From the NCBI GenBank assembly GCA_955652345.1, contig CATPBV010000112.1, positions 1 through 48,441 on the forward strand: a stretch of 48,441 nt of DNA, written 5' to 3'. This stretch comes from an uncultured Solirubrobacteraceae bacterium. Lineage in GTDB: Bacteria; Actinomycetota; Thermoleophilia; Solirubrobacterales; Solirubrobacteraceae. Shown here piece after piece: positions 1 to 8,446 of this stretch (positions are counted from its first letter, which is position 1; every line of letters begins with the position of its first letter). The position numbers and the translations under genes are program-made. A model generated the notes under the pieces. The model made no database searches, was not told where the DNA came from, and saw only the letters and a list, made by a program, of their open reading frames with translations.

Positions 1-623
1 GTCTTGACTTCGACGCCCGGCGGGACGTAGACGAACGAGCCGCCCGACCACACGGCCGAGTTCAGCGCCGCAAGCTTGTTGTCGTTGGGTGGGATGATCG
101 TCGCGAAGTACTCGCGCACGAGCTCCTCATGCTCACGCAGCGCCGAGTCCATGTCAGTGAAGATCACGCCCTGCTTCTCGAGGTCCTCGTGGATCTGGTG
201 GTAGACGACCTCGGACTCGTACTGGGCCCCGACGCCCGACAGGAACTTCCGCTCTGCCTCCGGGATCCCCAGCCGGTCGAACGTCTTCTTGACGTCGTCG
301 GGAACGTCGTCCCAGGAGCGCTCCGCACGTTCGGAGGCCCGCACGAAGTAGCGGATTTCGTCGTAGTCGACCTCGGCCAGCATCGGCGAGCCCCACGTCG
401 GCTGCGGGCGCGCGAGGAAGTGGTCGAATGCCTTCAGGCGGAAGTCGCGCATCCACTGCGGCTCTGACTTGAACTCCGAGATCTTCTCGACCATCTCGCG
501 AGTCAGGCCCTTGGGAGCCTTGTAGAGATAGTTCTCGGCGTCGTGAAAGCCGTAGCGCTCCTCGTAGTCGGCGTTGATCCCGCGAAGCTGCTCGTTCTCG
601 GTCAGGGCGTCGGGAACAGCCAT
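1..623 (-). CDS. sufB: Fe-S cluster assembly protein SufB (5' part; runs off window start)
   Basis: Manual translation from ATG at 623 (TAATG overlap with the Rieske stop): MAVPDALTENEQL...KGLTREMVEKISEFKSEPQWMRDFRLKA...FDRLGIPEAERKFLSGVGAQYESEVVYH...DNKLAALNSAVWSGGSFVYVPPGV, typical SufB N-terminus. Confidence 0.95.
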   Translation of the reverse strand, partial: MAVPDALTENEQLRGINADYEERYGFHDAENYLYKAPKGLTREMVEKISEFKSEPQWMRDFRLKAFDHFLARPQPTWGSPMLAEVDYDEIRYFVRASERAERSWDDVPDDVKKTFDRLGIPEAERKFLSGVGAQYESEVVYHQIHEDLEKQGVIFTDMDSALREHEELVREYFATIIPPNDNKLAALNSAVWSGGSFVYVPPGVEVK

Positions 624-940
624 TACTCCACCTCCAGCTTGATCGTCTCTTCTTCGATGATCACCGGAAAGGTGTCCACCGGAACATAGGCGGGCAAGCT
701 CTTGGGCTTGCCGGTCTTCAGATCGAACACCGAGCCGTGGCGCGGACACTCGACCGTGCACTCCTCCTGGTCGAACTCACCCTCGACCAGCGGGCCGTTG
801 TCGTGTGAGCAGCGATCCTCAATCGCGTAAACCGTCCCAGCACAGTTGAACACGCCGATCTCGAGGTCCTCCCATTCGACCAGGCGGACATCGCCGGGCT
901 CGAGCTCTTCGACGGGACATACTTCGATGATCTGTGGCAC
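623..940 (-). CDS. Rieske-type [2Fe-2S] ferredoxin
   Basis: CSH...CPRHGSVFDLKTG Rieske motifs; translationally coupled to sufB. Confidence 0.92.
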   Translation of the reverse strand: MPQIIEVCPVEELEPGDVRLVEWEDLEIGVFNCAGTVYAIEDRCSHDNGPLVEGEFDQEECTVECPRHGSVFDLKTGKPKSLPAYVPVDTFPVIIEEETIKLEVE

Positions 941-948
941 TTGCTGCT

Positions 949-973
949 AAGTCCTAGCGCGGGGATCGGATTT
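949..973. promoter_or_regulatory. Putative Rrf2/IscR-type operator upstream of Rieske-sufB
   Basis: AAGTCCTAGCGCGGGGATCGGATTT matches 6585-6609 at 16/25 positions with identical TCCTA-N9-TCGG-N-TTT spacing. Confidence 0.6.
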
Positions 974-1043
974 ATCTAGAGTCTAGCGCCCTTCGGCCGC
1001 AGGATCAGGCGGCCGCGAGCGTCCGAGCCGCGGTGCGCACACA

Positions 1044-1086
1044 CAACTCGGGTGTTGCGCGTCTGCACCGAGACGAGCAACACCCG
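1044..1086. repeat. Palindromic repeat copy 1 (downstream of HNH gene)
   Basis: 1044-1079 matches 2501-2536 at 28/36; folds via CGGGTGTTGC (1049-1058)/GCAACACCCG (1077-1086) and CGTCT/AGACG. Confidence 0.75.
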
Positions 1087-1111
1087 GGCTCTCGGTGGCC
1101 GATGCGGCGTT

Positions 1112-2410
1112 TCAGCCTCCCTCCGTCGCGTGCCGAGCGAGCAGCGCTTCTACGGCGATTCCATAGTCGAGGGAATCGCCCATCGAGAGTGGCTTCACGG
1201 TGTCCGCATCCACGTGCAACCCCTCTCTTCGGTGGCGCTGCTCGAGAGTCGGACCGGTAGCTCCGGTGCACCGCGGCTCCTGCTCGATCACGTGGCCGTC
1301 TGGTCTTCGGAACCGCACTCTGTTCATGCCGCTGGGTTGAACTTGAAAGCCGCCTTCGTGCACGAGACGGTGGTGATACGAGCACAGCTGCACGAGGTTG
1401 TCTAAAGCGGTTGGGCCGCCTCGAGCCCAGTGCTCGACGTGGTGCGCGTGCAGGAAGCGCCGATGGGTACAGCCCGGAAAGCGGCACCCGTCATCCCGCG
1501 CGCGGAGCGCCCGCCGTAGCGCGGGTGGGATGGTCCGGCGTCGTCGTCCTACTGACAGTGGCCGACCATCTCGCTCGATGATCCGCACGACGGCCGCATC
1601 GCATCCGAGCCGCCTCGCGGTCTCGGGCGAGATCGAAGGACCGTCTTGCACCTCGGAGCGCTGGTGAAGCTGCTCGCCGGCGAGCGTCTCGACGTCGACG
1701 TGGACGACCAGCTCACAGCGGTCGCCTCCCGTTCTTTCAGTGTCAGGAGCCGCTTGCGCGGACCGAACGACACTCATGAGCGCATCGGCGCGACTGGCCC
1801 CCACCGTGTCTTGCCCCATCTCGCCGGTCTCGACCTCCTCGATCGCGGCGATCAGCAGGGCGCCCTCCTCCGCCGGGATCCGGCCCTGGAGCAGCAGCGA
1901 TCCATCGTCATCCCAGCTCCAGCGCAGGTACCGCCGTTCGTGCGCACGCTGAGCGTGCCCGACCGTCGCCGCAAGTGCTCCGCTGTACCCGCGAACGAGC
2001 TTCTCGAGCTGCGCCCCGGTCGCGTGTCGGGCGAGCTCGACCAGCTGCTCCTCGATCTCAGCGGTGGCAACGCGAGTGATCGCCCGCACCTTGCAGTACG
2101 TAAGCTCGCCCGCACCAAACGCCGCGCGTACCAGCGGTAGCTCCTTCAGGCGCCGCGCGACCCTCACTCGCTCCCGCGCCGCACCGGGTGCCAGCGAGCA
2201 GCGCCACGACAGCCACTGAGCACACGAGCGCGCGCCCCAGACCCCCCATCCCTCCCGCTCGTCGAACTCGGCGAGCAGCATCAGCCATGTACAGGTAGCC
2301 GCCTCGATGCGGGCACCCAGCTCGCAGATCTCGCGCTCCAGATCCTCGAGAGGCTGGACCCGCGCCTCCGCGTCGGCGGCCGGTTCTCGAACTAACACAA
2401 TCGAACACAT
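1112..2410 (-). CDS. DUF222 (13E12-repeat-like) HNH endonuclease
   Basis: N-terminal LLAEFDEREGW...SCAQWLSWRC...ARERVRVARRL, ARRLGCDA, GRRRRTIPPALRRAL, and C-terminal RDDGCRFPGC...HAHHVEHWARGGPTALDNLVQLCSYHH HNH domain; start ATG 2410 or GTG 2398. Confidence 0.9.
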   Translation of the reverse strand: MCSIVLVREPAADAEARVQPLEDLEREICELGARIEAATCTWLMLLAEFDEREGWGVWGARSCAQWLSWRCSLAPGAARERVRVARRLKELPLVRAAFGAGELTYCKVRAITRVATAEIEEQLVELARHATGAQLEKLVRGYSGALAATVGHAQRAHERRYLRWSWDDDGSLLLQGRIPAEEGALLIAAIEEVETGEMGQDTVGASRADALMSVVRSAQAAPDTERTGGDRCELVVHVDVETLAGEQLHQRSEVQDGPSISPETARRLGCDAAVVRIIERDGRPLSVGRRRRTIPPALRRALRARDDGCRFPGCTHRRFLHAHHVEHWARGGPTALDNLVQLCSYHHRLVHEGGFQVQPSGMNRVRFRRPDGHVIEQEPRCTGATGPTLEQRHRREGLHVDADTVKPLSMGDSLDYGIAVEALLARHATEGG

Positions 2411-2416
2411 GTTCGT
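2401..2416. promoter_or_regulatory. LexA SOS box overlapping start of HNH gene
   Basis: TCGAACACATGTTCGT fits the Gram-positive/actinobacterial CGAAC-N4-GTTCG consensus; a TACCTT -10-like hexamer lies just upstream on the minus strand. Confidence 0.85.
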
Positions 2417-2500
2417 AAGGTACACGGCGCGCCGGACGGAGAACGGCTCGGCAGCCGAAGATGTCCGTCGCACGCGCAGCGCCAAGGAACGAGCGATGCG

Positions 2501-2536
2501 CAACCGGAGTGTTGCGCGTTTCCGCGGAGACGTGCA
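2501..2536. repeat. Palindromic repeat copy 2 (upstream of HNH gene)
   Basis: CAACCGGAGTGTTGCGCGTTTCCGCGGAGACGTGCA; core CGTTTCCGCGGAGACG near-perfect palindrome; direct-orientation match to copy 1. Confidence 0.75.
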
Positions 2537-2593
2537 GCCGGCCGGACTCACGTTTGGGTATCCAATATGGGGATGCGGCATGCTCCCCGGATT

Positions 2594-3004
2594 GTGTTTC
2601 TGCAACTGACCGCGATCGTCGTCGACGACTACGACGCTGCGATCGCGTTCTTTATTGATGCGCTCGGCTTCGAGCTGGTGGAGGATTCCCCATCGCTAAC
2701 GAACGCTGGGAACCCGAAGCGCTGGGTAGTCGTTCGTCCGCCTGGTGCGCAGACCGGCATCCTGTTGGCCCGGGCCGATGGCGCGGATCAGTTGGCCGTT
2801 GTGGGCACGCAGGTAGCGGGCCGGGTGGGCTTCTTCCTCCGGGTCGATGATTTCGATGGCGCCCTCCAGCGGATGACCGGCGCCGGTGTCGAGTTCGTCA
2901 GCGCCCCACGCAACGAACCATACGGTCGCGTCGCTGTGTTCCTCGACATCGCGGGAAACCGCTGGGATCTACTCGGACCGCCTGAGCTGACGGCATTGGG
3001 TTGA
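2594..3004 (+). CDS. VOC (glyoxalase/bleomycin resistance) family protein
   Basis: IVVDDYDAAIAFF..LGF..VED, KRWVVVRPPG, EPYGRVAVFLDIAGNRWDL; GTG start assumed. Confidence 0.88.
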   Translation: MFLQLTAIVVDDYDAAIAFFIDALGFELVEDSPSLTNAGNPKRWVVVRPPGAQTGILLARADGADQLAVVGTQVAGRVGFFLRVDDFDGALQRMTGAGVEFVSAPRNEPYGRVAVFLDIAGNRWDLLGPPELTALG

Positions 3005-3615
3005 ATGGCAACCGAGTACCTGTCGCTCGAACCGCTACAGACGCGCATCCAGACGCATCGTCAGTATTCGGAGCGGCCAGATGACGTCGAGCAAGCGGTT
3101 CTCGACGCGATTGCGGTCGGGCCCGAGGAGTCGCGTCTCGACATTGGTTGCGGAACCGGCTCGTTCCTGCGGCGGCTGCACGAAGAGGGACACGGGGCCG
3201 GCTGGTCGGACTCGACACCTCTCCCGCCGCAATCGAGGCGCTGGTTGGCCTGGAAGCGATCGAGGGGACTCGGGGCGACGCGACGGCGCAACCCTTCGCT
3301 GACGGCGAGTTCGACGTCGTGACCGCGCGGCACATGCTCTATCACGTCCCCGATCTGGACGCTGCCCTGCGCGAGGCACGTCGAGTGCTGCGAAACGGCG
3401 GGCGATTCGCGGCCGTCGTCAACACGCCCAGCAACACGCCGCACGCGCGCGAGCTCGTCTACCGGGCGGTCCACAGCCACGGCCTCGAACCGCCCGAACT
3501 GTCAAATGAGCGCGTCGTGGGCCGGAGCGATGGTTTGCAACGCACCAGGCCCCGTGGCGCGACCCAAAGGGCTACGCCGTTGTCACCGCTCTTCGGTAGG
3601 CCCGCGCCTGGCTGA
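3005..3615 (+). pseudogene. Class I SAM-dependent methyltransferase, frameshifted and probably 3'-truncated
   Basis: Motif I LDIGCGTG in frame 3005..3322; continuation LVGLDTS...GDATAQPFADGEFDVVTARHMLYHVPD...RRVLRNGG in frame 3148..3615; switch near 3190-3200. Confidence 0.75.
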
Positions 3616-3652
3616 GAACGGCTTCCAAGACTGATCGACGCGACAACTGTGG

Positions 3653-3670
3653 GCGTCTCCGCGGAGACGC
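3653..3670. repeat. Palindromic repeat copy 3 (just past sufU stop)
   Basis: GCGTCTCCGCGGAGACGC perfect 18-bp palindrome; same core as 2517-2532. Confidence 0.75.
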
Positions 3671-3692
3671 GCGGCGCCGTTGCGGGCGACTG

Positions 3693-4109
3693 TCAGGCGG
3701 CCTCGGGAGTCTCGGGCTCCCACGCCACCGCTTGCCCGAGCGAGGCGCCCTTCAGCACCTTCAGCGACAGCAGCGCGCACTTCATCCGCGTGGCGGAGAT
3801 GTCGATCCCGAGCAGGTCGAGGACGAACGAGCGGTCGAGGCGCAACAGCTCGTCGACGCTCATCCCCTTGACCTCGTCCGAGGCCATCGAGGCGGCGGCC
3901 TGCGAGATCGCGCACCCGTGCCCGGAGAAACGAATCTCGGAGATCCGCCTCTCCTCATCGAGCAGGAGCCGCACGGTCAGCTCGTCTCCGCACAGCGGGT
4001 TGAGGTCGTGGAACTCCAGGTCGGGTTCCTCGATGTCGGACTCCGGAGGGGCCCAGTTGTGAGGGCGCTTGTAGTGGTCGAGGATGTTCTCGCGGTACAG
4101 CTCGTCCAT
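3693..4109 (-). CDS. sufU: SufU/NifU-like Fe-S assembly scaffold / sulfur-transfer protein
   Basis: [40 protein letters not shown]. Confidence 0.92.
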   Translation of the reverse strand: MDELYRENILDHYKRPHNWAPPESDIEEPDLEFHDLNPLCGDELTVRLLLDEERRISEIRFSGHGCAISQAAASMASDEVKGMSVDELLRLDRSFVLDLLGIDISATRMKCALLSLKVLKGASLGQAVAWEPETPEAA

Positions 4110-4121
4110 CGAGAACCCCCG

Positions 4122-5357
4122 TCAGCTCAACCGAAGCGTCCGCCGAACGCTGCCCAGCCCGTCCACGAGGCGCTGAAGATCGGCCTCGGTGTTGTGCACG
4201 GCGAACGAGGCTCGGGTCGTCGCGGCGACGCCGAGCTTGCGCATCAGCGGCTGGGCGCAATGGTGCCCGGCGCGCACGCACACTCCCTCGCGGCCGAGGA
4301 TCTCGCCGATGTCGTGAGGATGCGCGCCGTCGAGCGAGAACGACACAAGCGCCCCGCGATCGGCGGCCGAGGCCGGTCCGTGCACAACAAGTCCCGGAAC
4401 ATCCGCGAGCAACTCGAGGGCGCGCGTCGCCAGCGTTTCCTCGTGCGAGCGGATCGCGTCCATCCCGATCGCTCCGATCCAGTCGACAGCCGCGCCCAGC
4501 CCGATCGCCTCGGCGATCTGCGACGTCCCGGCTTCAAACTTCCAGGGCAGATCGATCCAGGTCGACTCGTTGGCGGCGACGGTGCGGATCATGTGCCCGC
4601 CGCCGATGAACGGAGGCATCTCCTCGAGCAGCTCTCGGCGCCCGTGCAGCACCCCGATTCCAGTCGGCCCGTAGGCCTTGTGGCCGGTCCAGACGTAGAA
4701 GTCGGCGTCGAGGTCGCGCAGGTCGAGCGGCAGCTGCGGAACGGCTTGCGTCCCGTCGACCAGCACCAGCGCGCCGGCTTCGTGCGCGCGCCGGGCGACC
4801 TCGGCGACCGGGTTGATCGTCCCCAGCACGTTCGAAACATGTACGAACGCGACCAGCCGAGGACCGCGCTCGAGCAGCGTGTCGAGCGAATCGAGATCCA
4901 GCTTGCCGTCCTCGAGCACCGGCACGTATGCAAGCTCAGCCTCGCGGTCCTGGCACAGCAGCTGCCACGGCACGATGTTCGAGTGGTGCTCCATCTCGGT
5001 CAGCACCACCAGGTCGCCGCGGTGGACGTTCTGGCGTCCCCAGCTGTAAGCGACCAGGTTGATCGCGGCAGTCGCGTTGGCCGCGAAGATCGTCTCCTCC
5101 GGCGTCGAGCCGAGCCACTCGGCGATCCGCCGGCGGGCGCCCTCGTACAGGTCGGTCGCCTCGATCGCCAGGGGGTACACGCCGCGATGGATCGAGGCCC
5201 GCGAGTGGGTGTAGTAGCGGGTCATCGCGTCGATCACCGGCTGCGGGGTCTGGGACGTCGCCGCCGAGTCGAGGTAGGTGATGGGATAGCCACCTATCTC
5301 TCGCGCAAGGACAGGGAACTCCGCGGCCACGGCGCGCAACGAAGCGACAGCAGTCAT
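4122..5357 (-). CDS. sufS: Cysteine desulfurase SufS
   Basis: YLDSAATSQ, EMEHHSNIVPWQ, GHKAYGPTGIG (PLP Lys), VRAGHHCAQP. Confidence 0.95.
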   Translation of the reverse strand: MTAVASLRAVAAEFPVLAREIGGYPITYLDSAATSQTPQPVIDAMTRYYTHSRASIHRGVYPLAIEATDLYEGARRRIAEWLGSTPEETIFAANATAAINLVAYSWGRQNVHRGDLVVLTEMEHHSNIVPWQLLCQDREAELAYVPVLEDGKLDLDSLDTLLERGPRLVAFVHVSNVLGTINPVAEVARRAHEAGALVLVDGTQAVPQLPLDLRDLDADFYVWTGHKAYGPTGIGVLHGRRELLEEMPPFIGGGHMIRTVAANESTWIDLPWKFEAGTSQIAEAIGLGAAVDWIGAIGMDAIRSHEETLATRALELLADVPGLVVHGPASAADRGALVSFSLDGAHPHDIGEILGREGVCVRAGHHCAQPLMRKLGVAATTRASFAVHNTEADLQRLVDGLGSVRRTLRLS

Positions 5358-6118
5358 GCGGCGACCTCGTCGGTGATCCAGGCGTAGCCCTTGGCTTCGA
5401 GCTCGGTGACCAGGTCCGGGCCACCCTCCTTGACGATCCGTCCTTGGTACATCACGTGCACGTGAGTCGGCTGCACCAGATGAAGGATGCGCTGGTAATG
5501 GGTGATGATCAGGATCCCCATCTCCGGTCCGGCAACGGCGTTGACGCCATTCGCAACGACCCGCAGAGCATCGATGTCAAGGCCCGAGTCGGTCTCGTCG
5601 AGGACCGCCAACTCGGGGCGCTGGAGCGCGAGCTGGAGGATCTCCATGCGCTTCTTCTCGCCGCCGGAGAACCCCTCGTTCAGGTATCTGCTCGAGAAGT
5701 CGCGAGGCACGTTCGTGAGCTTCATTGCGGCCTCGACGGTCTGGCGGAACTCCTTCAGCGGGATCGGCTCCTCCCCGTGGGCGTCGCGGTGGGCGTTCAA
5801 CACGGTCCGCAGGTACTTGGTGACCGTCACGCCCGGAACCGCAACGGGATACTGGAACGCCATGAACAAGCCCATCCGCGCCCGCTCGTCGGGGGCGGCC
5901 TCGGTGATGTCGTCGCCGTTGTAGAGGACCTGTCCGCTGGTCACCTCGAGCCCGGGATGGCCCATGATCGCGTTGGCGAGCGTCGACTTGCCCGAGCCGT
6001 TGGGGCCCATCAGCGCATGGATCTCGCCCTTGTCGACGGCGAGATCGAGCCCACGCAGGATCTCCCGCTCTCCGGCGCGTACGTGGAGGTCTCGGATCTC
6101 CAGCTGGGGCATGGTCAC
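5354..6118 (-). CDS. sufC: Fe-S assembly ABC ATPase SufC
   Basis: MGPNGSGKSTL, FMAFQYPV, NEGFSGGEKKRMEILQ, LDETDSGLDIDAL, IITHYQR. Confidence 0.96.
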   Translation of the reverse strand: MTMPQLEIRDLHVRAGEREILRGLDLAVDKGEIHALMGPNGSGKSTLANAIMGHPGLEVTSGQVLYNGDDITEAAPDERARMGLFMAFQYPVAVPGVTVTKYLRTVLNAHRDAHGEEPIPLKEFRQTVEAAMKLTNVPRDFSSRYLNEGFSGGEKKRMEILQLALQRPELAVLDETDSGLDIDALRVVANGVNAVAGPEMGILIITHYQRILHLVQPTHVHVMYQGRIVKEGGPDLVTELEAKGYAWITDEVAA

Positions 6119-6576
6119 GCGGCGACGGTGGGGACTCGCTCGGCGCGCCGGGAGAACTCGACGAGCTCAGCCAGCGTGGTCATCTGAAGCGAGCGGATGA
6201 TCCCGCCCTGGACGCGCGTCCAGAGCAGCTTCGTGGCGCATCCCTGGCCCGCATCGGGCTCGTGCGAGCAGAGCACGCGCTCGGTGTGCTCGTGGATGAA
6301 GCATTCCATCGGCGCGATCGATCCCTCCAGGGCCTGCACCACCTCGTGCATCCCGATCTCGGTCGCCGGACGCGCCAGCCAGTAGCCGCCGTGGGCGCCC
6401 CGAGCGCTCATCACCAGGCCGGCCTTGCGAAGCCTGGCGACGACCTGCTCGAGATACGCAAGCGGCAGGCCCTCCGCGTCAGCGATCGCCTTGAGGCTGG
6501 TCGGGTGCTCGGCAGATTGACGGCCAAGCTCGACCATCAGGCGCACGCCGTACTCGGCTTTCGAGGAGAAGATCAT
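6115..6576 (-). CDS. Rrf2-family (IscR-like) transcriptional regulator
   Basis: MIFSSKAEYGVR, YLEQVVARLRKAGLV.S.RGAHGGY, three C-terminal Cys; heads the suf operon. Confidence 0.92.
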   Translation of the reverse strand: MIFSSKAEYGVRLMVELGRQSAEHPTSLKAIADAEGLPLAYLEQVVARLRKAGLVMSARGAHGGYWLARPATEIGMHEVVQALEGSIAPMECFIHEHTERVLCSHEPDAGQGCATKLLWTRVQGGIIRSLQMTTLAELVEFSRRAERVPTVAA

Positions 6577-6584
6577 CGAGATCC

Positions 6585-6609
6585 ATATCCTACCATGACG
6601 GTCGGGTTT
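6585..6609. promoter_or_regulatory. Putative Rrf2 operator overlapping the -10 (TAGGAT, minus strand) of the Rrf2-sufCSU unit
   Basis: Minus strand AAACCCGACC-GTCAT-GGTAGGATAT imperfect inverted repeat; related copy at 949-973. Confidence 0.65.
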
Positions 6610-6711
6610 TTTATGGGCCGCTGACGCGGCCCTGTGATTCTGTATCGAGAGTCCCGACGGGTTGCTCGGGCAGGTGGCGATTTGCTGCGTGAGCCTCTGT
6701 ACTGTGGCCCC

Positions 6712-7935
6712 ATGGACACCAGGGGGCTCGCCACGGCGCACGACGTGAAGGCCGCGGCTGAAGTTGCGCGCAGCGCCGGGAGGGTCGGGATCGACACCGA
6801 GTTCATGTCCGAGGGTCGCTACCGAGCGCTGCTGTGCCTGGCGCAGATCGTGGTCGATGATGCAAGCGCGCCGGACGGCACCCGCATCCTCGTGATCGAC
6901 ACGCTAGACCGGGTGGACCCCGCACCGATCGCCGCGCTGCTCGCCGATCCCGCGATCGAGGTCGTACTGCACGCCGGACGCCAGGACGTCGCGATCCTGC
7001 GCCGGGCCTGGGCGACGGAGATCAACAATGTGTTCGACACGCAGGTCGCTGCGGGGTTTGCGGGCGCGAGCGCGCAGGCCGGATACGGCAACCTGCTCGG
7101 CGCGATCCTCGGCCTGCGCGTCGGCAAGACGGCAAGCTACACCCGCTGGGACGCCCGGCCGCTGACCACCGAGCAGCTGAGCTATGCGGCGGAGGATGTC
7201 GCTCACCTGCTCGAGCTTGCGGACGAGCTCCAGCGCCGCCTCGGCGCGACCGGACGCCTGGAGTGGGCCCGCGAGGAGTGCCGGCGGCTCGAATCAGCGA
7301 CCGACGAGCGAGACCCGTGGACGGCGTGGGAGCGCCTGCCCCGCGTGAACCAGCTGGATCCCCGCTCGCGCGCGGTGGCCCGCGAGCTCGCCGCCTGGCG
7401 TGAGGAGGTCGCTTCCCGCGAGGACCGCCCGGTCGGCTCCGTTCTACCCGACGCTCCGCTCGTCGAGCTCGCCAAGCGGCAACCGTCGACGGTCGCGGAG
7501 CTCAAGCCGATCCGCGGGCTTCACCCTTCCACGGTGAGACGGCGGGGGGACGCGATCCTCGAAGCGATCGCCCGCGGTCGCCAAGCGACGCCGATTCCCC
7601 GGGAGGAGCAGCGCTGGCGATCGGACCCGGGCGACACGCCGCTGATCGTGCTCGCGGAGGCCCTGCTCCGAGCGCGCGCGATCCAGGCGGGACTCGCGTA
7701 CGAGCTGATCGCGTCGCGGAGCGAGCTCGAATCGGTGGTGACCGCCTCGCGTCGGGGAGACCCGGACCCCCAGATCAGGACGCTCTCCGGGTGGCGCGAG
7801 GAACTGGTCGGAGCCGATCTCCGCGACCTGCTGGGCGGGCGAAGCGCGCTCAGCGTGGGGCCCGAGCGACGCCTGGTCGTCGACCAGCTCGGCGACGGCG
7901 CCCGTGGTGACTCCGGCGACCGTAGCCTTAGGTAA
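6712..7935 (+). CDS. rnd: Ribonuclease D (3'-5' exonuclease + HRDC)
   Basis: GIDTEFM...LCLAQI, LHAGRQD, FDTQVAAGF, WDARPLTTEQLSYAAEDV, HRDC LAAWREEVA..EDRP. Confidence 0.92.
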   Translation: MDTRGLATAHDVKAAAEVARSAGRVGIDTEFMSEGRYRALLCLAQIVVDDASAPDGTRILVIDTLDRVDPAPIAALLADPAIEVVLHAGRQDVAILRRAWATEINNVFDTQVAAGFAGASAQAGYGNLLGAILGLRVGKTASYTRWDARPLTTEQLSYAAEDVAHLLELADELQRRLGATGRLEWAREECRRLESATDERDPWTAWERLPRVNQLDPRSRAVARELAAWREEVASREDRPVGSVLPDAPLVELAKRQPSTVAELKPIRGLHPSTVRRRGDAILEAIARGRQATPIPREEQRWRSDPGDTPLIVLAEALLRARAIQAGLAYELIASRSELESVVTASRRGDPDPQIRTLSGWREELVGADLRDLLGGRSALSVGPERRLVVDQLGDGARGDSGDRSLR

Positions 7936-8401
7936 CGCTGACCTCGAGCATCACCGCCATCGTGGGGACGCGGCTGAACATGCCCCGCGACAGCGCGAGC
8001 GTGATCGTGCGCGGCCTCTGGATCCAGCCGAGCTCGATGCCGGTGAGCTCGCCGAGCGCGGTTGCATAGGTGACGCGGAACTTGCGGCCCGGGGAATCGG
8101 CCGCGTGCTCCTCGCTCGTGTCCGGGCCGGCTCGCGTCCAGCCCCTCTGCTTGAGCGCCCGCTTTTCGCTCGCCACGAGCGCAGTGGAGCTTTGATAGTG
8201 GTTGTCGACGACGACCAACTCAATCGCGCAATACGCGTTCGCGCCGCGGTCGCACTGGCGAACGTGGGCCACGATCGCGGCTCCGTTGACCAGCGGGAGC
8301 TGCGCCAGGGTCGGCACGTTCTTCGCGCTCGACCCGCACCCGGCGATCGCCGCGGCGAGCGCCAGCCCCGCCACTGAAGCACCTAGTCTTGAGCCTCGCA
8401 T
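7928..8401 (-). CDS. Hypothetical lipoprotein
   Basis: MRGSRLG...LALAAAIAGC lipobox; C-terminal part of ORF 7928..9004. Confidence 0.7.
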   Translation of the reverse strand: MRGSRLGASVAGLALAAAIAGCGSSAKNVPTLAQLPLVNGAAIVAHVRQCDRGANAYCAIELVVVDNHYQSSTALVASEKRALKQRGWTRAGPDTSEEHAADSPGRKFRVTYATALGELTGIELGWIQRPRTITLALSRGMFSRVPTMAVMLEVSVT

Positions 8402-8446
8402 GGAATGCAGGGCAAGCGTAGCCGAGCCGCCAGCTCGGTCTGAGAA

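Noticed and set aside
2411-2605. N-terminal extension of the HNH ORF in the ORF track, and similar extensions for Rrf2, the M3 peptidase, AKR and ilvA
   Set aside because: They overlap promoters, SOS boxes, repeats or neighbouring genes; homology-like sequence begins at the downstream starts
1044-3670. The three palindromic repeats as a CRISPR array
   Set aside because: They are over 1 kb apart, separated by genes and degenerate, and no cas genes are present
3732-5387. Long + strand ORF (551 aa) and similar antisense ORFs (e.g. 26627..28327, 32757..34043, 39987..41309)
   Set aside because: They are shadows of well-supported genes on the opposite strand, expected in high-GC DNA, and show no motifs
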